Assembly (NCBI RefSeq): GCF_018350175.1
Contig: NC_058368.1
Location: 14,510,001-14,574,000 of the forward strand
Direction of reading: 5' to 3'
DNA: 64,000 nucleotides
Source of the DNA: Felis catus
Taxonomy: Eukaryota
A model generated the notes under the pieces. It saw only the letters and a program-made list of their open reading frames with translations. It was not told where the DNA came from and did no database searches. Each line of letters opens with the position of its first letter. The stretch's first letter is position 1. Below are positions 40,670 through 53,100 of the stretch, one piece after another. The position numbers and the translations under genes are program-made.

Positions 40670-41157
40670 GGGGGCACCTGGGTGGCTCAGTCGGTTAAGC
40701 GTGCGACTTTGGCTCAGGTCATGATCTCACGGTTTGTGAGTTCGAGCCCCGCGTCAGGCTCTGTGCTGACAGCTCAGAGCCTGGAGTCTGCCTCGGATTC
40801 TGTGTCCCTCTCTCGCCATGCCCCTCACTCATGCTCTGTCTCTCTCTCTCTCCCTCTCTCAAGAATAAATAAAACATTTAAAAAATTTTAAAAATAAAAA
40901 AATTATCGAAGGAAACTAATATGAAGGACATCTTTTCTAAAAATCTCCATTCAAGGGGCGCCTGGGTGGCGCAGTCAGTTAAGCGTCCGACTTCAGCCAG
41001 GTCACGATCTCGCGGTCCGTGAGTTCGAGCCCCGCGTCAGGCTCTGGGCTGATGGCTCAGAGCCTGGAGCCTGTTTCCGATTCTGTGTCTCCCTCTCTCT
41101 CTGCCCCTCCCCCGTTCATGCTCTGTCTCTCTCTGTCCCAAAAATAAATAAACGTTG
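40670..41157 (+). mobile_element. Two SINEC copies (~40670-40900; young copy 40955-41157)
   Basis: The second copy has perfect TSD AAAATCTCCATTCAA at 40940-40954 and 41158-41172. Confidence 0.95.
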
Positions 41158-42538
41158 AAAATCTCCATTCAACAGGGCCAACTTTTTTAAATTAAATATT
41201 TCATATGAATTGCAAACTATGAGCTGTAACTCTTTGCAACAGATAATGGAAGTATTTTAAAATCACAGACACATTTATTAGCACGGGATCCTGAGCAAGC
41301 CCCTTAATTTTTCTAGGCCTCAGTTTCCTATCTGCAAGATGGCTGATCATGATGTTTGTTCTGCCTTTCTCATGGGATCATATAGAGAACTAAATTAGAA
41401 AAAAGTTGAAAATGGTATGAAATATTATAAATCCATATACAAGTTTTGGAATTCTTTTCTTAGATTAATTCACCCTTCATCTCTGAACCCAGAAATAAAT
41501 TAAAAGGTGGCCAGTTCAGTTAGTTACTTATACCCCTACACAAAATAGCATTTACATGTCTATGGGAAATTATAAGGTTTAGGACTAGGAATATTTTTAG
41601 AGTCTAGTCCAACTATTCCTTTGTCCGAGAGACTTCAACAATGTCACATACAGCTAGAAGGTAATCATGGAAAAATTAGCAACTCTGTTCTAATTAATCA
41701 AGACCAATTATGCAGTTTTCAAGTGACTCAGAACCTTTGATTTTCTTTTCCTTTCCTACCTTTTTGTTGTTGTTGTTCCATTTTGGGGGGCTTACCTCCC
41801 TAGTCGTTATTATTGTACCGTTAGAGGGAATCCACAAAGAGTGGCACTTCAGTCTAATTGGCGTTAGAGAATGCGGGTGATCTCCTACGTCTGCATCTTC
41901 TGTTTAAGAATTCAGCCCAGGGATTTCGCCTGAAAGGACAGAGCAGAGCACGGGACAGGCTGGCATGCAGACAGGCACTGGGGAAATCAGACGGTGTCTC
42001 CGAGTTCCTGACTTTATTCAGATTCAGTCCCAGCGCTATCCCCTGATTCTCTGCCTGTCTCTTTCCTCCCCAATCCTTCTCCCATGTTTTTTATTCCTCT
42101 CCTCCCCTGCCAGCCCATTCTGGAAAGGCCTTCTGTTTGTTGACAATCCAGGTCTTCAAGGCTGCTGACCTAAAGCTCCCTGTGGGGCTGCCCACATAAC
42201 AACATCCCATGCTCAAACCCTTCCCCCTTTTCTTTCTCCACATGAGTTGTAAATGCCATCAGAAAATGACAGATTGGGGCAAATATTAAGACTTTTTTTT
42301 TTCCTTACATACCATACTTCACATAATGTTCATTCCTCCTTTATTGTGGAACTTGTTGGACACTAATGAACTTGTGCATAGTGAACATGGATACAATTAA
42401 ATGCTTTCAAATATTTTTTACTTTATTTTAAATTCATTATCTGAATTCTTCATATTGTTGTTATTTATTGGTGGAGAAAGAACTTAAATTTCTGACAACT
42501 TTTAAATATGTGATATGGTTCATAAATAGCCACTGCTG

Positions 42539-42580
<42 letters not shown>

Positions 42581-42736
42581 TATGTTCCTCATGGGGAAAT
42601 GTTAAAAATCTTAATAATCTTATAGCCTCAAAAACCCATTTCTAGATAAATGAAGCATAAAAATATTCCTCCTGTAAGTGTTTGATGAAACTCTTGTGGA
42701 GTCCTTCTTTAAATTCTCTTTTCCATTTATGTTTAG

Positions 42737-42892
42737 CCAATAACTCTGGTGTGAACAAACGGCAGATCACAGACCTTGTTGACCAGAGTATACAAATCAA
42801 TGCACATTGTTTTGTGGTCACAGCAGATAATCGCTATATTCTTATCTGTGGATTCTGGGATAAGAGCTTCAGAGTTTACTCTACAGAAACAG
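42737..42892 (+). CDS. NBEA: Neurobeachin coding exon: (A)NNSGVNKRQITDLVDQSIQINAHCFVVTADNRYILICGFWDKSFRVYSTET
   Basis: gtttag|CC ... ACAG|gtaagc; 156 nt, phase 1/1; WD-like GFWDKSFRVY. Confidence 0.96.
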
Positions 42893-43399
42893 GTAAGCTT
42901 AACTATAAAATACCTTATTCCCTTCCAAATGCCTATTGTTCTATAAAATAAAATCATACTTAATAATGTAGGCATTTTCATCTTGAGTGCCAAGATCCAA
43001 ATTAAATGTTCACATTATAAGTAACTAGTTATAATGCCATCCATTCCAAACCTCAGCTTGAGTCCTGATTTCATAGGACAAATAGGACTATTGTCCCTTT
43101 CCCAAATCAAATCCAGTAAAAGACCTTAAACCTCCCTCCCCTTAGTCTGACCCAAACCCTGGGGACTAAAAATCACAGTTGTGTTGTTTTAGAAGTCATT
43201 TCCTTAAAAATCTCAAGTAACATTCTTGTATTGTTTTTCAGAAGAAATTCAAGAAAGCATCTGCAGCTAAATTTGAATTAGCTCCTAAATGTTCACGTTT
43301 ACAGATTCCCTTTTCACAAATCTAGTAAAATAAAGTTAAGCTCATTACCATTTAAAGGAAAACAGCAAATGAATTAAACCCACCCTTTCTGTGTTTCAG

Positions 43400-43570
43400 G
43401 GAAATTAACTCAGATTGTGTTTGGCCACTGGGACGTGGTCACGTGCTTGGCCAGGTCGGAGTCATACATAGGCGGGGACTGCTACATTGTTTCTGGGTCT
43501 CGAGATGCTACCCTACTTCTCTGGTACTGGAGTGGGCGACACCATATCATAGGGGACAACCCGAACAGCA
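43400..43570 (+). CDS. NBEA: Neurobeachin coding exon (WD40): (G)KLTQIVFGHWDVVTCLARSESYIGGDCYIVSGSRDATLLLWYWSGRHHIIGDNPNS
   Basis: tttcag|GG ... AGCA|gtgagt; 171 nt, phase 1/1; canonical WD40 GH...SGSxDxT...W. Confidence 0.97.
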
Positions 43571-44409
43571 GTGAGTATTTGTCTAGAAGCGTCCCCTCAG
43601 ACAATACATTTATTTAAACATACTTTGCCTTTTTTATTTTTCTAACAGCTTTTCCTGGGGTTGTGAGACTTTTAAAAAAGGAGAGCTTTACATAGCAAAA
43701 ATGTTTGTTAGAATGTCACTATGTTCGAAGTACAAACAAGGGCAACCACTGTAACCTTCCACCTGGGAAAAGTCCCAGGTCCCCTCACATTGACCCTCTC
43801 TTTGGCAGCCCATCCCCAATCTCCCAATGTCTTTATCCTTCAGAAATCTCTTTCAGTGTCACCTGGTCCATTAAACGTCTTATAACTGCTCTCAACTGAA
43901 TATACTCTCTCCCTTCTCTGAATTTCCTCAGAGTGCCTCAGTGAGGACACTTCTTACTTTCTACCACATAGTTGAGTAAATATCTCTGTTTATTCATTTA
44001 ACAATGATTGAGTACTCCCTTCAGATTAGGCATTGGGAAGGCAAAAACTGAAGGAGACAATTTCTTTGTGATGGTTCCTGAGTATTCTTTATTCACCAGC
44101 GCTCCCTAAAATATCCCATAGGAAAAGAATGGGGGGGGGGGACTCCAGAGTAAAATAATTTTAGAAAACTCTGCATATACTCTTATTCTCTAGGTAAGTT
44201 CTGAAAGTCTTACACAAATAAATCTGTCGAAATTTGTTTAACCCATTCTGCTCCTGGCAGAATAGTTATTATTCTTTGGAACTGCTGTTCTGAGGAAACA
44301 CTGAAATGGACTATGAGTCTCTCTCTTTCCATTCTCAGTCTCTGGTTCCTGGCAAAGTGACACACATAATGGTTTTTTCAATAAGTATTGTTAAATGGAG
44401 AACTAGATA

Positions 44410-44491
44410 TTGAAGGAAGATGGCGGCTTAGGAGGACGCTGGGCCCACCCACCTCGTCCTGCTGATGACTTAGATTCCACCCACATCTGCC
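44410..44491 (+). mobile_element. 82-nt fragment resembling the extreme 5' end (5'UTR start) of a carnivore/felid L1, flanked by 18-bp direct repeats
   Basis: ggaagatggcggcttaggaggacgctggg...cgtcctgctgatgacttagattccacccacatctgcc matches my recollection of the felid L1 5' terminus; direct repeats at 44392-44409 and 44492-44509. Confidence 0.7.
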
Positions 44492-45659
44492 TAAGTGGAG
44501 AACTAGATAAGAGATTGCGTAGAAATAGTCACTGTTTTTAATTACCAAGGTTTCAATAGTTTCAATGCAAATATTTCCTATAAAATAGAGAATGGTTTCT
44601 GGAAAGCGCTGATGATGTCTGGTGCTTAAACCGGGGCGATTCTAATTGTAATTCATACATTGGTCACAGCTTAAAGAATACTCCGAAACCAACTGAAACA
44701 TGAGTTTGGGTCATATGTACAACAAGACAGAGATAAGAATTTTCCGGGGATGCTGTGTACCTGCCACTGAAATATTGTAAGAGCAGATGAGAAGTGCACG
44801 AGATGCTGTGTTCCAGCCACGTGGCTGGAGCCTAGCTGAGGATGAAGGCCCAGTTGTATAATCTGTCCACCTTGCCAGTCCCACCCACCCCCGACTCTTA
44901 CACATTTTGACAGGAATGTTGCAAAAATAGAAAATGGCTTTTCATTGCTAGGAGCCAAGGCCCTATCATAGTAGAGAAGAAAATAGGGAAATATATAGAA
45001 ATGTATACATATGAATGAAGATAGTGGGAGATGAACTAGAGGACCAAATGTTACATGGGGTTTTATTCGTGCTGCCCACAGCTGGAGCTGAAGAACAGTA
45101 GATGAAGAAACTCAAGGGCACCATGGAATCATGTTTCTTAGCATAGGTACCAAATAAGAGAGAGTGTGTGCGTCTTACGTATCAGCCTCTGCTCTAAGTT
45201 GTGAACTAAGATGTGATGCTGGTTTGAGGGAAAAAACACAGCGTTGCTTGCTTTCCAACCAGCTCAAATAATTAGCTACCATGTCTACATTATAACAAAT
45301 ATACTCTAAATACTAAAAAATTAACCTCCTTATTTATTCTTTTCTATAATATCCCTTAAAAAAACAGAAACTTCATTTTTAGCAGAATTCTAGTGTATGT
45401 GCATGTGTGTATATGTGCGTATAAGACATTTGATCTACCGTTGGTGGCTTTCTTATTCTCAAGCATTGTATGTTATCACACGTATTCTATCCGAATTTAT
45501 TTTTTCATATTTACACATCTCCTTTATTTTCATAGTAGCGTAGCATTCATTAGAAAAGTTGAATTAAGTAGCAGGCCCGTGTAGTAGCTTCCATCTGTAT
45601 TGATAAAAATTGTAAGTTTTTAAATTAAAAAAATATTTTTAAGAAACGAAATAGTGCTT

Positions 45660-45870
45660 TTTATTTTAAGTTTACTTTGAGAGAGAGCACAGGCACGCGC
45701 AAGTGGGGTAGAAGCAGAGAGAGGAGGGAAATAGAGAAAGAATCCTAAGCACGCTCAGTGCTGTCGGTGCAGAGACTGATACGAGACTCCATCCACGAAC
45801 TGCGAGATCGTGACCTGAGCTGAAGTCAAGGGTCAGATGCTTAACCAGATGAGCCACCCAGGTGCCCCCC
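45660..45870 (-). mobile_element. SINEC, antisense
   Basis: ...gagccacccaggtgcccc terminus; tagtgYttt flanks. Confidence 0.9.
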
Positions 45871-48800
45871 GAGTAGTGTTTTAAATTTCTTTCAATAAAT
45901 CTTCAAAATGAAGCTCAGAAATGATGAAAATGATATTTCCAAAAAGAGGATTTATTTCTTAAAAGCTCCCAGCTGGTAGCCAAGAGAAGATATTTTGTAT
46001 ATTGTACTGCTATGAGGTAAAGAGTTTTAATGTTAAATTATAGTAATTATCTGTGTTAGCTACTTTATATTATTTTCTAATGATCTTTTAAGCCAAAAGA
46101 TAATTAACAATTGCTGTAGCTTTGGTCCATCAGTTACCAAGAAAAATTAAATATAGTAATATTTATACTGTTTAAATTTCCTTACAATGGGAGCTCTCTA
46201 AATGAAAATATTTATATTAATCCTTAAGAACAAAACTCTGAACATTGTATTTGTTAAGATGCAGCATTTTATTTAAGCTTTCAATAAAGACAAGATTATC
46301 CTTAAGGAATTAAGAATATTATCAAAGCATACTATTTATTATTGCCTCCATTTATAAGAATTTATTTTTGATCAAAACTATTGTCATCATTATGAACATA
46401 AACCACTTCCTAAAACCCACTGTGTCAAAACTTGCTTGGACATTTAATATGGACATATATCATAAGGCTTTATTTCATCCATCATCCTTAATATAAGGTG
46501 AAAAATTGCTCTTCTAGAATAAACAGCATGATCACCTGAAGTGTTAAATCAAGCAACAAGCATGTACTGAGTGCCTCCTGGGTGCTAGTCCTGCCTTAGC
46601 AGCTGAGAATGCCGGGTAGTCAAAGTCTCTGACCTGTGGTTTACAAAAACCTATATTGTACTAATCTCCAAACTCCTTTTTCTGCTTGAACGTACTAAAC
46701 ACATAGAGTATTTATTACACGGATCATAAATTGCCATCAGATAATAATGTTTGGTCTTGTACTATGAAACGTTTAGTCTTCCACCTGGGGGACAAATTGA
46801 AAATTATGTAAAAACTAGTATCAGCTTCTTACCCTATGAATAATTGTAATAGTAAAAAAAGATTAATAATTGGTCATATTTTGTACTTGATTGACTTGAC
46901 CGATTTATGACTTTGCCTAATCTGTTGAAACAGCCAACTTAGCAGCACATATATGCATGACTAGAGAGACCACATATATCGGTCCAGCCACTGTTTGTAA
47001 AGGCAGCCTCTGCACACACTGAACTGACGGTCACATCAGGGATCAGCCATGGGTGTTGACATAAACATAGTCCTTGCCATCAGAAAACTCACAGCACGAG
47101 AGGAAAGGATTTTTTGCTTCTGTCCCAGTTTAATCTATTCTAGCCACCAATTCACACAGGTCAGAGAACCAGGCCGTATGTGTTTTCTATCTTATAATGC
47201 ATTGCTACTCAAGACGAAAAAGCTCGTTATGTCTAAATTCATATTAAAGTGTGTGACACAATGCCCTTCGGTTTTGAGGGTTGTATATATTAACCTAGAC
47301 TTGAAGGGGGAAGTCCTAGTGTGAAACATAATATCCCAGTAGCTGTTAGAATCCCGGGATTGGTCGTGGTAAGGACATTGAATTGCTTTGTATGTCAGAG
47401 GCCGAATCAGATGTATATTCAGCACAACATAAAATGATAGGATCCATTTACTCACTTTCTCAAGATTAATTCAAGTGGCTCTCTAATATATTTATGTCTC
47501 TTTCGCATTGTCTTTATTCTTTTTTAATGGGTGGCTCTGTTGCTACCAGAGAAAATATTTCTAATGTTTGTGGATTTCTTAGGTAAGTGCAGAAAGAGTT
47601 TTATGGTTTCATTGTGTCAAATATATTATCGTGACTAATTCAGACGTCTCAGAAATAGTCTTTTCCTAATTATTTTCATAGTTTTAATGAATTTTCCACA
47701 AAGACCATGAAAATTTGTACACAGATTATTACAAAGAGTTTCAGACCATAAAAGAAATAGGCAGATGCTGTGTAACATAGGTTACAGTTGAATTATGGTT
47801 GTTTTATTAATATATTTTATAATACTGATATCTAGTGTTATTCTTGCAAACTTGTGACTTTGAACATAGAAAATTTTCTTGGAGATTTGAATAGGTCCCT
47901 GACTAGATAACGAATCGCAGAGATGTGAGGGACAGATGCTTTCATCTGAAACACTCTTTTGCACAAATTCTGAAACTAATTTGGAAGTGATAAAAATTAA
48001 TTTGCGCACTTTAATTGGAAGCAGCCTACTGCATGAAAGAAAGGAGAGCAGAGCAGGCAATTTGTGCTAAAAGCTGATTGAATTTTTTGTCAGGTAGGTA
48101 TCTTGGACTTGGCCGCTTATCCTCCCGAGCCCCTCTTTGCAATATATTACAACCCATCTCTGACTGGTGTTCTTTAAAAGGATCAATGCTATTCCTGTTG
48201 AATCCCTGGAGCCCAAAATTTCATTGATCTTGGGACTTGACATTTCTCATTACGTGCCGTAGCTTCCAACAAGATAGTCACAAGAGGGGCAAGTCAACAT
48301 TGTTGTCTCTTCAACAGACACTTAAAATACACTGGGACCTCAGCTCTAAATCCAATTTGCTTTCAAATTGTGTGGTTTTAGTGTTTATACCACATATGAG
48401 GTGCTCTGTAGAGAGTTTGCCGATACATACATATGATGTTTTTAAAAATCATAGCAGTAGGAAACTTTGGAAGAGAATTTACTGCTCATCTTTTCAAATC
48501 CCATCTACAAATATTCATTGAGTAATATACATAAGACGTTAGTATGCCTTTTCAATTTCACTTTTTAAAAACAAGTCTTTTAGCTCATATATAAGCAATA
48601 TGCAGACTGAAACGAGAAGCCCTTTGAAAAGGAGACTCCAGCTGTGCACACATCCCTTCCCTGGGCTCCCATTGTGTGAGCTTCAGCTCTGGACACTGAC
48701 CCTCCTGCCAGCCACAACCTGTCACTAAACATCTGCCAAATCGTATCCCTCTCTTTGTTTGCATCCAGCCTTCTTTGAATATGGCTACCCTGGTGCCCAG

Positions 48801-49112
48801 CTCCATGACCACCACTAACCAGTGGTATTGTACCAGGCGAAAGCGTGCCCAAAGAACGGTCCAGAGATGTTTAACATCTGTGTATCTTTGCCACACTTCT
48901 CAGAGCAAGGGACCTTATCTAGGGCTTATTAAATGTATTAGAGGCAAGAGTTATATGTGAACAATCTCTAACTCCTAGGACTTTCAAAACTGATGTCCAT
49001 AGTGTAACTTCCTTTTCTCAGCCTCCTATCCCCTTAGCCTACCATTGGGACACTTTGTAGGGTTTGTGACTAAGAAGGGGACTGACTTGCCACTTGCTCT
49101 CTGCCTTGTCTC

Positions 49113-49294
49113 GCCTCCCCTCCCCTCCCCTCCCCTCCCCTCCCCTCCCCTTCCCTCCCCTTCCTCTCCTCTCCTCTCCTCTCCTCTCCTCTCCTCTCCT
49201 CTCCTCTCCCCTCCTTTCCTTTCCTTTCCTTTCCTTTCCTGGAATTGAGGCTGTGAGGCTCTTTGGCTTGGGTCAAAAGCAATGTATATTTAAA

Positions 49295-49327
<33 letters not shown>
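49113..49327. repeat. Polypyrimidine pentamer array (CCCCT)n-(CTCCT)n-(CTTTC)n, then (CA)n at ~49297-49327
   Basis: Directly visible. Confidence 0.95.
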
Positions 49328-49328
<1 letters not shown>

Positions 49329-51074
49329 GAGTAACTAATACGATCTCTTGGTCAGAGAGCTTCAGATCTGCACCAGGAGGCAGTGGGGGTGTCTCTGGGC
49401 ATTATGCAAAGCTCTACTCCCTTGGATTATACTGTTGACTATTTGGGGAAGGTAATGGCAGGATACTAATGTGCCTTGACCTGGATACAGGGTCAGGACT
49501 TAAAGGGAAGAGATTTGCCCTGCCACAGCAGGGCTCAGAAGTGGTCTGTGTCATCTCTGCAGGACAAGAAGAAGAACTTTGAATGAATGAATAAACAGGC
49601 GCATATCTATCTTCTATTTTTCAGTGAATATGTAATAAAATGAAACCATATCATGGGATGTTTTCCATCCCAGGTGATGTTTTTTATGTGGGTCACCCTT
49701 TGGCCTGTGGAAAATGTGGGCCCAGCCATTTTTGGTACTTGGGCCAGACCTCTGCAAGGGGCTGCGAGGACACACTCTCCATAAGGGACTCCTCATGGGC
49801 ACAGTTCTCTGAGCGATCCTGACAATTGCCTAACAATTTTTTTGAATAAACCTTGAAATCAGGTAGTGATTAAAATGCCTCTTCTGGGGTTTCACGTCTA
49901 TTTCACGTAGGCATAAACATGAACGAAAATACCTTTTGCCATGACCTAACGAAGGTTGTAGATAAAATCAGGTCATACATCATCAAGACGTTCGCCTTCT
50001 GACTCCAGTAGAACCGTGCTGAGGATCATAGATTGTAGAAACTCTGCTGTTTTTGTTTAGCTCTTGATTCAGAAGGACCAAAGCTTCCCCCTGCATACTA
50101 GTCGCCCCACAAATAAGGCTTAAAATAATAAGAACCATGAGTATCTTTGCTTTGATCATTTCTCTAAAAGCAGAGACCATCTCACTGAAAAAGTTCTCGT
50201 CAGTTCCATGTGAATAACAGCATCTAATAACTTTGTACTGTTTTCATCATCCATTTTGGAAAATATTGAAATGGCTTTTGCTAAATAATGAGATGGAATC
50301 TGTTTATAATAAGCTTTTTGTATTTGGACTTTCCAAATACTTGTCTATAAGCAATGTCAAAGTCGGCATGTTTGTTCTTTATGATCCACGGCAATTCCGT
50401 CACACAAGAGCTCTTCTGTTTGAGGAAATGCTGGGGGATGAGGGCGATGGTGTTGTGGTCCTGGGATGGGGGGGGCTCACCTGCGCCTTCCCCCTCCCTG
50501 TGCACAGGCCCTTTCACCCCCAGCTACATCCATCAATTGTGATGTGACAGTGACAGAATATTCCCAAGATTTTGAATGATTGTTGGGGTGTGTGACATCT
50601 GTCCCTGGCAGTGAAATGTCCCTGGCAGGAAAATATGCTTTTTCCCCCTGATGCAGGTTTCTCAATTCAAAACCCCCTGCATAATATTTTGTTTACTTTT
50701 CTCTGTTTTAAATCGGGAAATAATGCTTTCAGAGGCCCTAAACAATATCCCCTGATAGTTCTGTTCCACACTTTATTCAAATGATCTGGGGAGATTGTCA
50801 CGAAAAAAAATTTTTTTAACTTTCTAAATCAGTTGCAAACTTTTGAAAACCTTATTTCCTAATAGATAATATATTATATACATAAAGAATAGTTTTATAC
50901 ATGTTTTTCAATTCCCTGCAAGAGAAGTAGGTTGCTTTTTACTTTTTTCTGTAGCATATAAGGGAAAAGTTTAGAAAATTCTTTATGTAAATTTTATTAA
51001 GCATATAATTTCAGGATTTTTCATTTGACCAGTCTCTCGCGAGATAAAATAATCACTTAGAAAAATTAAGGGTA

Positions 51075-51288
51075 GGGTCACCTGGGTGGCTCAGTCGGTC
51101 CAACTTCTCGTTCTTGATTTCAGCTCAGGTCATGATCCCAGGGTCATGGGGTCGAACTCCACTTCAGACTCCACGCTAAGTGTGGAGTCTGCTTAGGACT
51201 CTCTCTCTCTCCCTCTCTCTGCCCCTTCTTCCCCACTCGCACACATGCATGTGCACTGTCTCCAAATAAATAAACCTTAAAAAAGAAA
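51075..51288 (+). mobile_element. SINEC with TSD
   Basis: TSD agaaaaattaagggt on both sides. Confidence 0.92.
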
Positions 51289-52061
51289 AGAAAAATTAAG
51301 GGTGATATTACACAGAAAGTGTTACTTCTCATTTTACCAAGGAACTCAGGGCCTCTTTGAAGCATAATTTTATAAATATGTTTCAGACAAATCTGGGACT
51401 GCTGGCAAATATAAATCGACACTTTGCCAATTTGAAACACGTTATAGCAATGTACATAAACTTAGAATAAGATGACATGCTCTCTGGGGCTACCATCCCC
51501 CTCCTCCCATACTCCATCAGAGAGATGCCTCAAAAGCAAAATGGAAACTGATGGATCGGAGAAAGCTCACATGAAACTGAGCAGTTCCTGCAGAGACAGA
51601 AGATGAGTAGGTCTGAAGGAGGAGGCATTGGCAAACCAGAGGGAAGAGCGTTGTGTGTCTTGCAGGGTAAGGTGTCTTAGTTACGCTCTCTCCTCCCAGA
51701 ATTTTCCCAGACCTATTGTTGCCTTCCCTCTGGCCGCAGTGGGGCGTAGAATTGGACAACCAGTGTGGCTGCTCAGTGCCGCGGGCCACATCAGTGCCAA
51801 AGAAGGGGCTTTCAGGAGGCAGGCACGATTCCCAGGCCTTGAACATTCACTTCCCCCATCCTGCCCCCTCCACAATGAGGGCCAGGCATGGCAGCCCAGG
51901 AGACAACTCTCAGAGCAGTGTCAACCCCAAAGCACAGGGTGGCTCTCTAAGAGACAAGAATTGGGTGGTAGGGGCGGGGGGCACGCCATCCAGAATAGGA
52001 TTTACAGAGAAAAACAGGCCAGTATGCAAGGAACTCAAGCACCATTTAAAAGAAGATCACA

Positions 52062-52290
52062 GGGGCACCTGGGTGGCTCAGTGGGTTGAGCATCCGACTT
52101 CGGCTTAGCTCATGATCTCACGGTTTGTGGGTTCGAGCCCCACATCGGGCTCTGTGCTCAGAGCCTGGAGCCTGCTTCAGATTCTGTGTCTCCCTCTCTC
52201 TCTGCCCTTCCCTCACTCATGCTATGTCTCTCTCTGCCTCTTAAAAGTGAATAAACGTTTAAAAAAATGTTTTAGTAAAAAATAAAATAA
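52062..52290 (+). mobile_element. SINEC_Fc-type SINE
   Basis: Typical head, body and tail. Confidence 0.92.
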
Positions 52291-52898
52291 AAAATCACAA
52301 ACTCAATAACCGGGTGAGGCAGAATGAACAGAAGAGAAAAATAAATGGAACTTTTAAGATACAACTTTTAAAATAAACAGTCTAAAAGAGAGGACCAAAC
52401 TTACTAGTAATGTTCTATATTTCTTAAGCTAGGAGGTGACTACAAATGAATGTATTTCATTCTTTTAATTTCATGTGTGTGCTATAAATATTTATATGTA
52501 ATTGATTTCTTTGAATTATTTATTTCTAAAAACAAAGGAAGATCAGGACACTTTGTGGGAGCTACCAACTTGAAAAGAATTTGTGACCCTGGGAAAAAAA
52601 AATTAATTAATCTACAGAAATGTTTATCAAACTTGACTGTTACACTGATCCCTTTTAAAGAGAACAAAATTGTTATTAACACCAAAAAACAAAAACAGAA
52701 TGAAACGAAAATAACCTCTGGCTTTGAGAAATGTGTTCTAGGACCCCACAAACGAGTCTGAGAAACATTGACTTAATCAATTAGTTCATCTTAAGTTTTA
52801 AAACATATGTAAATTTTAAATTGCCACAGCATAGATGTTAGACAGCAAAAAAGAGATCTCATCTTTATAACTGATGAAAAAATATTCTTAGAGTATCA

Positions 52899-53024
52899 GT
52901 GTGCCTGGGTGACTCAGTCGGTTAAGCATCTGACTCTAGATTTTGGCTCAGGTCACTATCTCACATTCCCTGGGTTCAAGCCTCGTGTTGGGCTCCACAC
53001 TGACAGTGCAGAGCCTGCTCAGGA

Positions 53025-53071
<47 letters not shown>

Positions 53072-53100
53072 AATAAATAAATAAATTTTAAACAAATAAA
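52899..53100 (+). mobile_element. SINEC
   Basis: gtgcctgggtgactcagtcggttaagc head, (CT)n, AATA tail. Confidence 0.9.

Noticed and set aside
42541..42577. 37-nt pure poly(A) run (a similar run lies at ~63659-63683)
   Set aside because: No convincing TSD or attached retrocopy; best read as a mononucleotide microsatellite whose length may be uncertain in the assembly.
51517..52108. Overlapping 109-153 aa ORFs in a GC-richer patch
   Set aside because: No recognisable domain, and two of them run into a SINE; probably decayed repeat.
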